The notes under the pieces were generated by a model. That model did no database searches, was not told where the DNA came from, and saw only the letters and a list, made by a program, of their open reading frames with translations. A program made the position numbers and the translations under genes. From NCBI GenBank assembly GCA_044223005.1, contig JBGAML010000019.1, positions 1-64,000 on the forward strand: 64,000 nucleotides of DNA. Direction: 5' to 3'. This DNA comes from Candidatus Eiseniibacteriota bacterium. GTDB taxonomy: Bacteria > Eisenbacteria > RBG-16-71-46. This document shows, in pieces, positions 9,488 through 21,451 of this stretch (position 1 is the stretch's first letter; each line of letters begins with the position of its first letter).

Positions 9488-11758
9488 ATGACGAACTTCA
9501 CTCACCTGCTGGCGAGCGTGAACCTCGTGCTCGGCGGGCTCGTGTTCCTCCTCGGGCTCGTCATCCTGCGCGAGAACCCGCGCCAGCGCCTGAACCGCAT
9601 CGTGTCGCTGCTGCTGTTCTTCGGTGGCTTCGGCGCGGTGCTGGCGGCGCTCGCGGTGCTCCGCCCCGAAGGCAAGGGAGCGATGGCGCCGCAGAACGCG
9701 GCGTTCCTCTGGGAACTCTTCTTCCCGACCACGTTCCTGCTCGCGAGCATCTTCCCCGAGGAACGGCCGTTCCTGCGGATCGTGCGCGCGCCCGACGGCC
9801 TGCGCTGGACCCTGTTCATGGCGCTGGTCTTCACGCCGCACTTCTTCCACTTCGCGATCCTCATCAGTCAGGGCCTGGGCGGCGGCCACGCCCCGCAGCT
9901 GTCGGCGACCGGCATCCTGCGCAGCGCGCTCGCCGTGATCGGCGTGTTCACGCGCATCTTCCTCGGCGTGCACAAGGCGCTCTTCTCGCTCGTCGACCTC
10001 TGCTTCGGCGGCGCGGCGGTGGCCCTGCTGCTCTCGAGCTGGCGCGCGAACCGCGTGCGACGCGTGCGCCAGCAGCTCGGCGCGATCGCGATCGGGCTTG
10101 CGGGCTGCCTCGTGCTCTACGCGGGTTCGACGCTGGTGCCCACCTTGATCGGCGCGCAGATCGACCGCACGGTGCAGTTCGCGCTCACGACTGCCGCGCT
10201 GCTCCTGGGCTCGGGAGCGATCGCGTACGCGATGGTGCGGCACAAGTTTCTCGATGCCGAGCTGCTCGCGCGCCGCGGCATCCTCTATGCGCTCGCGACA
10301 GCGGTCGTGATCGGCGTCTACCTGTTCGTCGTCAACCGGCTCAACCACTACGTCACGAGTGCGTTCGGGCTCGACGCCCGCGTGGTCGAGCCCGTCTTCA
10401 TGATCATGGCGCTGACGCTGTTCCAGCCGGTGCTGGGCCGGCTGGAGGAACTGCTCGACCAGCTCTTCCTGCGCGATCCCTCGGACTACCGCAACGTGCT
10501 CCGGCAGCTCGGGCGCGACTTGCAGACGACCATCGACCTCGACGACCTGATGGAGCGTTCCATCCGCACGATCACGGACGCGCTCCTGCTGCGCTCGGCG
10601 TACCTCGTGGCGTTCACGCCACAGGGCCCCGTCGCGCGGGCCGGCGCGGGGCCGGAACTGCTGCAGGAAACGCTGGAGCACATCGCGGCGCTGCCGTCGC
10701 GGCTGCCGGTCGATGCGACCAGTTTCCGGCTCACCGACCCGATCGATGGGCTGCGCCGGCCCGATCGCGAGCTGCTCGTGCACCGGCTCGGGATCGCGGT
10801 ACTGGTGCCGATCCGGCTGCGCGGCGAGATGCTCGGCCTGCTGATGCTGGGCGAGAAACTCACCGCCACCGAGCATACCGGCGAGGACGTGAACCTGATC
10901 GCCACGCTCGCGAGCCAGATGGGCATCTCGATGCAGAACGCGCTCCTGCTGCGCGATCGACTGGCCGTGGCGCGGCTCGAGGAAGAGTTGCACCTCGCGC
11001 ACCAGATCCAGCAGACGTTCCTGCGCAACGACTTCCCGCGCCTGCCGCGCTGCGAGGTGCACGCGGTCAATCTGCCGTCGCGGCAGGTGGGCGGCGACTA
11101 CTACGACGTGGTGCCGTGCGATGACGGCTCGTTCCTGCTCGCGATCGCCGACGTCGCGGGCAAGGGCGTGCCGGCGGCGCTGCTGTCGAGCATGCTGCAG
11201 GCGGCGATCCGCACGCAGGCCGCCAGCTCCACGGCCGTGAGTGACATCCTGCGCAACGTGAACGCGCTCGTCTACCGCAGCACCAACGTCCAGCAGTTCG
11301 CCACGTTCTTCCTCGCGCGCGTGCACGACAGCGGCCGCCGGCTCACGTATTGCAATGCCGGCCACAACTGGCCCGTACTGCTGCGCCGCAGCGGCGAGAC
11401 CTTGCGGCTCGACCGTGGCGGCCTGCTGCTCGGCGTGCTCGAGGACATCACGCTGGAACACGCGACGGTCACGCTCGACCCCGACGACATCCTCGTCCTC
11501 TATACGGACGGCATCAGCGAGGCCACCAACGCGCACGGCGAGCTCTTCGGCGAGGACCGAGTCGGCGAGTTCGTGCGCTCCCTGCCGCCGTCGCTCGACG
11601 CACGGGCGATCGGCGAGCGCGTCCTGGCCGAGGTCGAGCACCACCTCGGCCAGGTCGAGGCGCAGGACGATCGCACGCTGGTGGTCCTGCGCGTCTGCGA
11701 GAGCGCCCGCAGTCCCGAGACCGACGACCCCGAGCGCGTCGAAGCGTTCGTGAACTGA
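9488..11758 (+). CDS. Multi-pass membrane sensor with GAF and intact SpoIIE/PP2C phosphatase (RsbU-like)
   Basis: About 8 TM helices, then VGGDYYD, IADVAGKG, NAGH, YTDGISEA, QDDRT. Confidence 0.9.
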   Translation: MTNFTHLLASVNLVLGGLVFLLGLVILRENPRQRLNRIVSLLLFFGGFGAVLAALAVLRPEGKGAMAPQNAAFLWELFFPTTFLLASIFPEERPFLRIVRAPDGLRWTLFMALVFTPHFFHFAILISQGLGGGHAPQLSATGILRSALAVIGVFTRIFLGVHKALFSLVDLCFGGAAVALLLSSWRANRVRRVRQQLGAIAIGLAGCLVLYAGSTLVPTLIGAQIDRTVQFALTTAALLLGSGAIAYAMVRHKFLDAELLARRGILYALATAVVIGVYLFVVNRLNHYVTSAFGLDARVVEPVFMIMALTLFQPVLGRLEELLDQLFLRDPSDYRNVLRQLGRDLQTTIDLDDLMERSIRTITDALLLRSAYLVAFTPQGPVARAGAGPELLQETLEHIAALPSRLPVDATSFRLTDPIDGLRRPDRELLVHRLGIAVLVPIRLRGEMLGLLMLGEKLTATEHTGEDVNLIATLASQMGISMQNALLLRDRLAVARLEEELHLAHQIQQTFLRNDFPRLPRCEVHAVNLPSRQVGGDYYDVVPCDDGSFLLAIADVAGKGVPAALLSSMLQAAIRTQAASSTAVSDILRNVNALVYRSTNVQQFATFFLARVHDSGRRLTYCNAGHNWPVLLRRSGETLRLDRGGLLLGVLEDITLEHATVTLDPDDILVLYTDGISEATNAHGELFGEDRVGEFVRSLPPSLDARAIGERVLAEVEHHLGQVEAQDDRTLVVLRVCESARSPETDDPERVEAFVN

Positions 11759-11766
11759 GCGCGGGT

Positions 11767-12906
11767 TCAGTTCGAGCGTTCGAGCCGGAGCAGCCGGCCC
11801 TGCTGCGTGGTCACGTACACCTCGCCACGCGCGTCGGTGCCGAAGCTCGTGACGGAACCGAGCGACCCCACGTCCCAGTGTCGGCGGTCGGTCGCCGCGC
11901 GGCCGTTCCAGCGGAACGAGCGCAGCCAGCCCTCGCACCAGTCCGAGTAGAAGTAGGTGCCGGCGAGGTCGGGCATCGCGCTGCCGCGGTAGACGGCGCC
12001 GCCGATCACGCAGCAGCCCTCGCGATGCGAGTACTCGAGCACGGGGTCCACGAGCCGCGTCGCGACCCGCGGCCCGCGCGGACGATAGTCGTGCGCACCC
12101 TCGCGGCGATTCCAGCCGTAGTCGAGACCCGGCGCGTCGGCGCGCGCGACGTCGATCTCCTCCCAGTCGGACTGGCCGACATCGCCGATGTAGAGGAAGC
12201 CGGCGTCGAAGCCGAAGCGCCACGGGTTGCGCAGGCCGGCCGCCCAGATCTCCGGACGCACGCCGGGCGTGGCGGGCCAGGGGTTGTCACGCGGGATCGC
12301 ATAGGGCGAGCCGCGGTCGACGTCGATCCGCAGCAGCTTGCCGAGCAGCGTCGCGCGCGACTGCCCGTTGTCGTGCGGATCTCCGGCCGATCCGCCGTCG
12401 CCCATGCCGATCCAGAGCATGCCGTCGGGCCCGAACGCGATCATGCCGCCGTTGTGGTTGGCGTAGGGCTGTTCGACGTGGAGGATCTCGCGAGCGCTCG
12501 CCGCGTCCGCGCGGGCGGAGGCGGGATCCGCGTGGAACCGCACGATCCGCGTGTCGCCCTGCCGGTCGGTGTAGTCGACGACGAACACGCCGTTCTCGTG
12601 GAAGCGCGGATGGAACGCCAGGCCCAGCAGGCCGCGTTCGCCGCCATTGCGGAGGCGGTCGCGCAGGTCGAGCCAGGGCTCGGCGAGCAGGACGCCGTCA
12701 CGCACGATGCGGATGCGCCCCGTCTGCTCGACCACGAAGAGCCGCGCATCGGCCGGCGGCGAGGTCACGAAGAGCGGCGCCGACAGGCCCTCCGCCACGA
12801 CTGCGGCCCGCAGGCCGTGCGACGGGACGTCGGTGCCCGCGGCGGGTGCTTCCGCGAGCAGCGCCGCCGTGAGGACGGCGGCCAGCCATGCGATGGGGGC
12901 GAGCAT
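11767..12906 (-). CDS. PQQ-dependent sugar dehydrogenase (GSDH family)
   Basis: Signal peptide, ERGLLGLAFHP, NHNGG, GLRNPWR. Confidence 0.9.
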   Translation of the reverse strand: MLAPIAWLAAVLTAALLAEAPAAGTDVPSHGLRAAVVAEGLSAPLFVTSPPADARLFVVEQTGRIRIVRDGVLLAEPWLDLRDRLRNGGERGLLGLAFHPRFHENGVFVVDYTDRQGDTRIVRFHADPASARADAASAREILHVEQPYANHNGGMIAFGPDGMLWIGMGDGGSAGDPHDNGQSRATLLGKLLRIDVDRGSPYAIPRDNPWPATPGVRPEIWAAGLRNPWRFGFDAGFLYIGDVGQSDWEEIDVARADAPGLDYGWNRREGAHDYRPRGPRVATRLVDPVLEYSHREGCCVIGGAVYRGSAMPDLAGTYFYSDWCEGWLRSFRWNGRAATDRRHWDVGSLGSVTSFGTDARGEVYVTTQQGRLLRLERSN

Positions 12907-12951
12907 GCGCGCAGCATACTCGCCCCCACGGGGGACCGGGTCCGCGTTTCG

Positions 12952-14232
<1,281 letters not shown>

Positions 14233-14266
14233 CGTCGTCTCCTCGCGTTCCCGGCGCGGGGCCGGA

Positions 14267-15838
14267 TCAGATGGGATTGAACCAGCCCCGTTCGATCATC
14301 GCCTGCCCGATGCGCCGTGCGTCGCGCATCGTCGCTTCCGTTCCCACGTCGCGGCCCGACGCGATCTGCCCCGCCAGCGCCGCGAGCGCCTCGTCGAACG
14401 TGCGCGTGACCAGCGCCTCGTCGTGCAGCACCGGCTGGCCGTCGTCACCCGGCACCGGCACGGTGGCGCGGTGCCGCATACGCTGCGCGAGCATGAGCCG
14501 GTAGATGCGGTCGGTCGCGAGGTCCTCCATGTAGCCGTCCAGCAGGCTCGCGCCGTTGCCGTTCAGGACGCCGTTCCGGTAGCGGATCACCGTGCGCGCC
14601 GCGGCGCGCGTACCCGCGATCGTGCGCGCGCCGACGCCGGTGGGCGCGGGGCGCAGGTCGGGGTAGCGCTCGACGTTCGGGGGCCGGCGGTCGAGCTGGT
14701 TCGGCACCGGGAACTGCGCGACCGCGATCGCGTTCTGGTCCGGGTGGCCGGTCCACGCGCCGTCCATGAAACACGCGGCCTCGTTCTTCTTGTCCTGCTC
14801 CAGCACCGCCAGCGCGCGCGCGTTGAGCTCGGCGTCCGTGCGGCTCGGGTAGAGCGCGGTCATGCCCCCGATCGCGAGCGCGCCGCGGCGGTGGCAGATG
14901 TCGCAGAGCAGGTGGCGCAGGCGCTGGAAGAACGGCACGTCGTGCGGGATCGTGTTGCGATCCGGCAGCACCCACGCGGGGTTCTCGAAGTTCCAGTGGA
15001 TCAGGCTCGCCATGTAGTCCCAGCGCCCGAGGTTCAGGCCCAGGATGTGGTCGCGGAGGTGGAAGAGGAACTCCTCCATCTCGTACGCGAGTGGGTGCGA
15101 CTCGACGAGCGCCATGCACTTCACGTAGTCGCGCGGCCAGCCGCGCGCGTCGGCGACGGCTTGGAACACGTCGCGCCACCAGAGCGCTTCCTCGCTCGAT
15201 TCCGACTTGGGGATGTAGATCGCGAGCGGGTGCTCGAGCTTCGCCGGGTCCACCGCCCACGCGAGGCGGGCGAAGTCCCACAGTGACGCGCTGGTGATCG
15301 CGCCATCGGCGAGCGCGCCGGCCTGCGAGAGGTGCAGCCCGCGCACACGGTTCCAGATCACCACCGGGCCCGGCTCGATGCCGACGCGGCGGCCGCGCTT
15401 GGCGTCGTCGTAGGCGAGCGTGCCCTCGAGCGCCGCGACGATGTTGGCGATGCCGCGCTCGAGGTTCGGCCACGCGTTGGCCATCGAGTCCTCGAGGTCG
15501 AGCATCACGCCGGGCGCGCCGGAGTTGAGCATCTTCACGACGAGTTCGGCGTCGTCCGCGGGACCGGTCATCTGGTTGCGCTGATCGCGGCACCAGTCGG
15601 GCAGCGGGATGCCCCATTCCGACGTGGTCGCCGCCGACGGCGGCAGGTGATCGGGCAGCGCGCCCTGCGCGTGCGCCGCGGCGAGCCGCTCGATGCGGCG
15701 GCGCGCGAGCGCCTGCTGGCGCGGCGTGAACTCGGCGTGGAGCTTCGCGTGGAACGCCGCGAATCCCTGCGGCAGGTCGCGATCGGCCCGGAATCCCGCC
15801 GGCGCGGTGTTCATCGGTTGCGTTTCGGCTGCGCTCAT
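14267..15838 (-). CDS. aceB: Malate synthase (A-type, divergent)
   Basis: [47 protein letters not shown]. It lies directly upstream of aceA. ATG 15838 follows GGAG. Confidence 0.9.
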   Translation of the reverse strand: MSAAETQPMNTAPAGFRADRDLPQGFAAFHAKLHAEFTPRQQALARRRIERLAAAHAQGALPDHLPPSAATTSEWGIPLPDWCRDQRNQMTGPADDAELVVKMLNSGAPGVMLDLEDSMANAWPNLERGIANIVAALEGTLAYDDAKRGRRVGIEPGPVVIWNRVRGLHLSQAGALADGAITSASLWDFARLAWAVDPAKLEHPLAIYIPKSESSEEALWWRDVFQAVADARGWPRDYVKCMALVESHPLAYEMEEFLFHLRDHILGLNLGRWDYMASLIHWNFENPAWVLPDRNTIPHDVPFFQRLRHLLCDICHRRGALAIGGMTALYPSRTDAELNARALAVLEQDKKNEAACFMDGAWTGHPDQNAIAVAQFPVPNQLDRRPPNVERYPDLRPAPTGVGARTIAGTRAAARTVIRYRNGVLNGNGASLLDGYMEDLATDRIYRLMLAQRMRHRATVPVPGDDGQPVLHDEALVTRTFDEALAALAGQIASGRDVGTEATMRDARRIGQAMIERGWFNPI

Positions 15839-15987
15839 CCGTGATCTCCCCGGATCCGTTGGGGTGTCGGTGGTCGCCCGTCGGGACACCGGGTTATCGG
15901 CACCCGGTCCCACCGGACTTGAACGGGGTCCGGCAACGCATTCGATGCCCGTGGCCGGCCGCCGGGGCCGCATGATAGCGTGCATTC

Positions 15988-17037
15988 ATGGATTCCGACC
16001 GCACGGATGCGCAGGCCCTCCAGGCCGCCGATCTCGGCCCGTTCGTGGAGATGGCGCTGGCCGCCATCCAGCGTGAATACCCCTACCACCTGAGCCTGAT
16101 CCTCCAGGACGACCGCGAGCTGGCGTTGCCACGCGCGCTGACGCCGGCTTTCCGGGGTGCGTTCGACTGGCATTCGAGCGTCCACGGTCACTGGACGCTC
16201 GCCCGCGCGACGCGGTGCTTTCCCGACGCGCCGTGGGCCATGCGGGCACGGACCGCACTGGCGGTGAGCTTCGCGCCACCGCGCATCGAGGGCGAGCTCG
16301 CGTTCCTCCGCGCGCCCGGGCGCGAAGGCTGGGAGCGGCCGTATGGGTTGGCGTGGCTGCTGCAGCTGATGGCCGAACTCCGGCGCTGGCCCGATCCCGC
16401 CGCCGAGCACTGGCGAGAGCTGATGGAGCCGCTCGAGCAGCTCGCGTCCAGCCGGCTCGTCGGCTGGCTCGATCGCCTGCCGGTGCCCGTGCGCTCGGGA
16501 GAACACTCGCAGAGTGCGTTCGCGCTGGGGCTCTTCCACGACTGGGCGCGCGAGGCGGGGCAGGTCCAGCTGGCCGCGCGCATCGTCGAGCGGTCGGTGC
16601 GGCTCTTCGGCGGCGATCGCGACGCGCCGGTGCGGTACGAGCCGTCGGCGCACGACTTTCTCTCGCCGCTGCTCGCCGAAGCGGACCTGCTCCGGCGCAC
16701 GATGCCGGGGGACGCGTTCGGGCACTGGCTGCGGAACTTCCTGCCCGCGGCCGACTCGCCCGACCTCGCCGCATGGTTGCAGCCGGCGCGCTCGCCGGAT
16801 CCCACCGACGGCAAGCTCTCGCACCTCGACGGGCTGAACCTCACGCGGGCCTGGATGCTCGAGGGCATCGTGTCCGCGCTGCCGGCCGCGCATCCGCTGC
16901 GCGAGCGGCTCGCTGCTGCCGCGGCGATGCATCGCGAGGCCGGGCTCTCCGGGGCGCGCACGACGCACTGGGCCGGCTCGCACTGGCTCGGTTCGTTCGC
17001 CGTCTACCTGCTCACGCGGCGCGGAATCGCGAGCTGA
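15988..17037 (+). CDS. DUF2891 family protein
   Basis: PAFRGAFDWHSSVHGHW, WERPYGLAWLLQL, HLDGLNLTRAW, HWLGSFAVY. Confidence 0.85.
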   Translation: MDSDRTDAQALQAADLGPFVEMALAAIQREYPYHLSLILQDDRELALPRALTPAFRGAFDWHSSVHGHWTLARATRCFPDAPWAMRARTALAVSFAPPRIEGELAFLRAPGREGWERPYGLAWLLQLMAELRRWPDPAAEHWRELMEPLEQLASSRLVGWLDRLPVPVRSGEHSQSAFALGLFHDWAREAGQVQLAARIVERSVRLFGGDRDAPVRYEPSAHDFLSPLLAEADLLRRTMPGDAFGHWLRNFLPAADSPDLAAWLQPARSPDPTDGKLSHLDGLNLTRAWMLEGIVSALPAAHPLRERLAAAAAMHREAGLSGARTTHWAGSHWLGSFAVYLLTRRGIAS

Positions 17038-17042
17038 GCGGC

Positions 17043-17078
17043 GGGGGGGGGGGGGGGGCCCCCCCCCCCCCCCCCCCC
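17043..17078. repeat. G16-C20 homopolymer tract (probable sequencing/assembly artefact at a hairpin)
   Basis: 16 G followed by 20 C between convergent genes; it removes the expected stop of the cytochrome gene. Confidence 0.8.
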
Positions 17079-18522
17079 ACTGCCAGCGCGCGAAGTAGGT
17101 GCCCGCCGGCACCCGTCGTCCCGCGTGGTCGAGCCCGTCCCACGCCAACGTCGTCCGCGAGGCGGCCGGTGTCGCGCGGATCATGCGCACGATGCGACCC
17201 TGCGCGTCGTAGACGAGCAGCCGGCCGTCGCTGCCCGGCGTCGCGTTGATCGCGAACGTCGCCGACTCGCGCATGGGATTCGGCCATGCCCGAAGCGCGC
17301 CGGTACCGCGCAGCAGGCCGTCCTCCACCGAGGTGGCCGCGCCCTGGTGTGCACCGCCGGTCGCCGGCGTGACGCCGTGGCAGACGGTGCAGTCGGAGAG
17401 CACGCCCGCATGGCCCTGCAGCGCGACGTTGTTCGCGTTGTCGGCCGCCTCGCGGCTCGGAAAGTCCGCGTGCGTGCTGCCGTGGCACGCCTCGCACGCG
17501 ACGCCGCCGTGCCCGGTGCTGAATCGGAAGAGCTTCCCGGGCTGCTCGGCGTAGACGGGGCCATGGCAGGTGCCGCACGACGGCTCGTTGAGCCACGGCA
17601 CGCGGCCGGCGGAGATGCTGCTCGCCATCGTGCCCATGTTGCCGTGGCAGTCCTGGCACACGAGCCCGTGCTGCTGGCTCATCGCACCGCGCAGGCAGCC
17701 GACCTTGGGGCCCGGGTGGCACTTGTAGCAGAGGGCCGTACCGCTCATCGAGTTGTCGAGGAAGCGGTGGACGTTGTGGATCCGGTACGAGAAGTAGTTC
17801 GCCTCACGGATGCCCGTGGTGCCGAGCGCGGGGGAGGCGTGGCACTTCGCGCACAGGATCGGGCGCACGTTGGGATCGAAGCCGGCCTCGCGTTCGTGGC
17901 TGTTGAGGATCGCGTTGACGCTCGAGTGGCAACCCGAGCTGACGCAGTTCACCTCGACCGAGACGGGAATGACGGGCGTGCTGCGCGCGAGTTCGGCGCC
18001 ATTGCCGTCCCGCGCGATGACCAGCGCCTTCTGGTACGCGTTCTCGACGGTGGGCGCGGCGTCGGTGAACGGCGTCACCGGGATGCCCTTCGCCTCGAAC
18101 AGCGTGCCCGCCGGATCGAACGTGCCGGTCAGGCCCTTGCCGGTGAGGCCGACGTCTGGCGGCAGCGTCACGCCGAACAGCGCGGGCGCGTAGGTCCAGA
18201 AATCGGTCTTGCCCACGGAGTAGGTATTGCCGGGGATCGAGTACTCGATCGTGACCCCGGTGGCGAGCACGACCGGCGGGTGCTGGGCGTCGCCCCGCTG
18301 GATCACCTGCGCCTGCAGTGTGTTGAACGGCGGCAGGACCTCGAAGTCGGCGTGCCACTGGTTCATGCAGTGCATGCCGAGGTCGTTCCACGACAGCACG
18401 ACGTGCGTGCCGAGCGGATCGGCCGCGGCGTCGGCGGCCGTGGGGAGGAGCCGGACGGCCGGGATGGACAGCGCGAGCGATGCGGCGAGTGCGGCGGCGA
18501 GGATGCGGGACGGGCGCGGCAT
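17043..18522 (-). CDS. Secreted multiheme c-type cytochrome with C-terminal FlgD-Ig/T9SS-like tail; 3' end obscured by a homopolymer
   Basis: Signal peptide, SWNDLGMHC, CVSSGCH, and six CxxCH motifs (CAKCH, CYKCH, CQDCH, CGTCH, CEACH, CTVCH). Tail WPNP..VYDAQGRIVR..WDG.D..G..VPAGTYF. Confidence 0.88.
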
Positions 18523-18801
18523 GGGCTCCTCCAAGTCCGAGGTCGCGTGGGGTGCCCGATAGGTGGGCGATCCCCCGCGAGAGGATTCGCAGGCGCAAAA
18601 AGGAATCGCCGCCGCGCGAGTGCGAGATCAGTGTGTGCAAACACGTATTGGCTCCATGCGCCGCTCACCGGTGGTTCCACCGCCGCTTTCCCTTTGGCGT
18701 GGAATGACCTAGCCTCCCGCGCGCGGTGCGCTGACCGACACTCCAACGCAGGACTCCCGGCCCGTCCAGAACCTCCGCGGGCCTCGTACGGGGGACGACG
18801 C

Positions 18802-20769
18802 ATGACGACCACCCAGGACCGCCCGGCCGCCGCGGGCGAAGCCACGCACGAACTGGACGCTCTTCCCATCGCCGGTTTCCAGGGCACTCCCGAGGAGATC
18901 GAGCGCCAGTGGTACGAGAAGGTCTATGTCGGGCGCGGCGACTCGATGAAGCAGCTGACGCTGCGGGCCGTGCTGATGGGCTCGCTGCTGGGCGGGCTGC
19001 TGTCGCTCACCAACCTCTACATCGGGCTCAAGGCCGGTTGGGCGTTCGGGGTCGCGATCACGGCCTGCATCCTGTCCTATTCGATCTGGACGGGCCTGCT
19101 GAAGATCCGGGTCGCTCGGACGCCGATGACGATCCTCGAGAACAACTGCATGCAGTCCACCGCCAGTGCCGCCGGTTACTCGACCGGCGGCACGCTCATT
19201 TCAGCCTTCGCCGCCTACATGGTGATCAACAACGCCACCATGGACGTCGGGCTGATGATGGCGTGGGTATTCTTCCTCGCGGTCATCGGCGTCACGATGG
19301 CGATCCCGATGAAGCGGCAGATGATCAATATCGAGCAGCTGCGCTTCCCGAGCGGCGTCGCCGCAGCCGAGACGCTGCGCGCGCTGCACTCGACGGGTGA
19401 GAAGGGCATGCGCGCCGCGCGGGCGCTGGCATGGGCCGGGCTCGGTGCGGCGGCCGGCAAGTTCTGGTCCGAAGGCCTGGTGCTGATCGGCTCGAAGCCC
19501 GATCTCGCGAAGGGCGACACGATCCTCAACGAGTCGCTCGACAAGTTCCAGATCGGGAACTGGGTGAACGCCCTCAACGAGAAGGTGTTCGGCGAGACCT
19601 GGATGCACCGCACGGTCATGCTCTCGTACGAGCCCATGTTCATCGCCGCCGGCATGATCACCGGCTGGAAGGTGTGCTGGAGCACGATGCTCGGCAGCAT
19701 CCTCGGGTGGATGGTCATGGCGCCGTGGCTGCAGGCGCACGGCTACGTGCCGGAAACCGGTGGCTACCGCGCGATCGTGACCTGGCTGCTCTGGGGCGGC
19801 GTCGCCTGCATGGTGTCGTCGAGCCTCCTGTCGTTCGCGATGCAGTGGAAGACGGCGATGCGCGCGTTCACCGACCTCGGCAGCATGTTCGGCGGCCGCA
19901 AGAGCGACGACGATCCCGTCGCGGCGATCGAGACGCCGTCCGCGTGGTTCGTGTGGGGACAGCTCGTCGGCTTCGCCGGGCTGGCCTACCTGGGCCACGT
20001 CACGTTCGGGATGCCCGTGTGGCAGACCGCCATCGCGGTGCTGCTGTCGTTCGCGCTCTCGCTCGTGGCGAGCCGCGTGACGGGCGAGACGGACACGACG
20101 CCCGTCGGCTCGATGGGCAAGATCACGCAGCTGACGTTCGGCCTGCTGAGCCCGGGCAACATGAACGTGAACCTGATGAGCGCGAACGTCACCGCGAACA
20201 GCGCGAGCTGCAGCGCGGACCTGCTCACGGATCTCAAGAGCGGCTACCTTCTGGGCGCCAACCCGCGCAAGCAGTTCATCGCGCAGTTCGCCGGCATCTT
20301 CATGGGCACGGTGGTCACGGTGCTCTCGTTCCGGCTGCTCGTCCCGAACGCCAGCGTGCTCGGCGGCGACCAGTTCCCCGCACCCGCGATGCAGACGTGG
20401 CGCGCCGTCGCGATCGCGCTTTCGAAGGGCCTCTCCGGCCTCGAGGACGTGAAGCGCATGTTCATCCTCTGGGGCGCGATCGTCGGCGTGGTGCTGACCG
20501 TGCTGCCGATGGTGTTCCCGAAGCACAAGAAGTTCATCCCGTCGCCCGCGGGCGTGGGCCTCGCGTGGACGTTCCACTGGTACTACGGGTTCCTGATGTT
20601 CGTGGGCGGCGCACTCGGCCTCTTCCTCGAGAAGAAGGCGCCCAAGTGGTCCGAGGAATACACGTTCCCGGTCGCCTCGGGCTGGATCGCGGGCGAGAGC
20701 CTGATGGGCGTCGTCAATACGATCTGGCAGAACTGGCCGGGGCTCGCGAAGGCGATGTTCATGCGCTGA
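18802..20769 (+). CDS. OPT family oligopeptide transporter
   Basis: QLTLRAV, NLYIGLKAG, ENNCMQSTASA, LRFPSG, DLLTDLKSGYLLGANPRKQ, FPAPA. Confidence 0.93.
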   Translation: MTTTQDRPAAAGEATHELDALPIAGFQGTPEEIERQWYEKVYVGRGDSMKQLTLRAVLMGSLLGGLLSLTNLYIGLKAGWAFGVAITACILSYSIWTGLLKIRVARTPMTILENNCMQSTASAAGYSTGGTLISAFAAYMVINNATMDVGLMMAWVFFLAVIGVTMAIPMKRQMINIEQLRFPSGVAAAETLRALHSTGEKGMRAARALAWAGLGAAAGKFWSEGLVLIGSKPDLAKGDTILNESLDKFQIGNWVNALNEKVFGETWMHRTVMLSYEPMFIAAGMITGWKVCWSTMLGSILGWMVMAPWLQAHGYVPETGGYRAIVTWLLWGGVACMVSSSLLSFAMQWKTAMRAFTDLGSMFGGRKSDDDPVAAIETPSAWFVWGQLVGFAGLAYLGHVTFGMPVWQTAIAVLLSFALSLVASRVTGETDTTPVGSMGKITQLTFGLLSPGNMNVNLMSANVTANSASCSADLLTDLKSGYLLGANPRKQFIAQFAGIFMGTVVTVLSFRLLVPNASVLGGDQFPAPAMQTWRAVAIALSKGLSGLEDVKRMFILWGAIVGVVLTVLPMVFPKHKKFIPSPAGVGLAWTFHWYYGFLMFVGGALGLFLEKKAPKWSEEYTFPVASGWIAGESLMGVVNTIWQNWPGLAKAMFMR

Positions 20770-20792
20770 CCGGCGATCGCACCGGAGACGCT

Positions 20793-20823
20793 GCGGGGCC
20801 CGTGCCGATGGCACGGGCCCCGC
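20793..20823. terminator. Hairpin between convergent genes (likely bidirectional terminator)
   Basis: GCGGGGCCCGTGCC-gat-GGCACGGGCCCCGC, 14-bp stem. Confidence 0.7.
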
Positions 20824-20842
20824 TCGCGTCCGGCGGGCGGCT

Positions 20843-21451
20843 TCAGCTCTTCAGTGCGGCCTCGATGCGTTCGAGCACCTTCGGGTCGAGCGGATCGACG
20901 TTGGGTTCGAAGCGCGCGATCACGTGCCCCTGTCGGTCCACGAGGAACTTGGTGAAGTTCCAGCGGATGTCGCCGGGGTACGGCGACTCCTTCGTGAGCC
21001 ACGTGTAGAGCGGGGCCTGCGTCTTGCCCTTCACGTCGATCTTGGCGAACAGCGGGAACGTGACGTGGTAGTTCAGCGTGCAGAACGAGCGGATCTCCGC
21101 GTCGTCGCCCGGCTCCTGGCCCATGAAGTTGTTGGCGGGGAACGCGAGGATCTCGAAGCCGCGCGCGTGCTCGCGCTGGTAGAGCGATTCCAGCGATTCG
21201 TACTGCGGCGTGAAGCCGCAGCGCGAGGCGGTGTTCACGACCAGCACGACCTTGCCGCGGAAGTCGGCGAGCGAGCGATCGGCGCCCTCGTTCGTGCGCA
21301 CCCGGAAATCGTGCAGCGAGCGGACGCGGCCGGGCGACGGCGTCGTACCCGAAGCGGCGAGACCCGCGGTCGGCGCGAGCGGTGCACCGAGTGTGACGAA
21401 CGCGGCAGCGGCCGCGGCGGCGCGGCGGAGCGTGGAACGGAACGGGTTCAT
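20843..21451 (-). CDS. Glutathione peroxidase family (Cys type), with signal peptide
   Basis: VNTASRCGFTPQY, FPANNF..QEPG, WNFTKFLVD. Confidence 0.93.
   Translation of the reverse strand: MNPFRSTLRRAAAAAAAFVTLGAPLAPTAGLAASGTTPSPGRVRSLHDFRVRTNEGADRSLADFRGKVVLVVNTASRCGFTPQYESLESLYQREHARGFEILAFPANNFMGQEPGDDAEIRSFCTLNYHVTFPLFAKIDVKGKTQAPLYTWLTKESPYPGDIRWNFTKFLVDRQGHVIARFEPNVDPLDPKVLERIEAALKS

Noticed and set aside
15835..18534. 899-aa cytochrome fusion ORF
   Set aside because: The part after the G/C homopolymer is antisense to DUF2891, so it is read-through caused by the tract.
20843..21451. Selenocysteine glutathione peroxidase
   Set aside because: The active site is a normal Cys codon (ASRCG) with no in-frame TGA.
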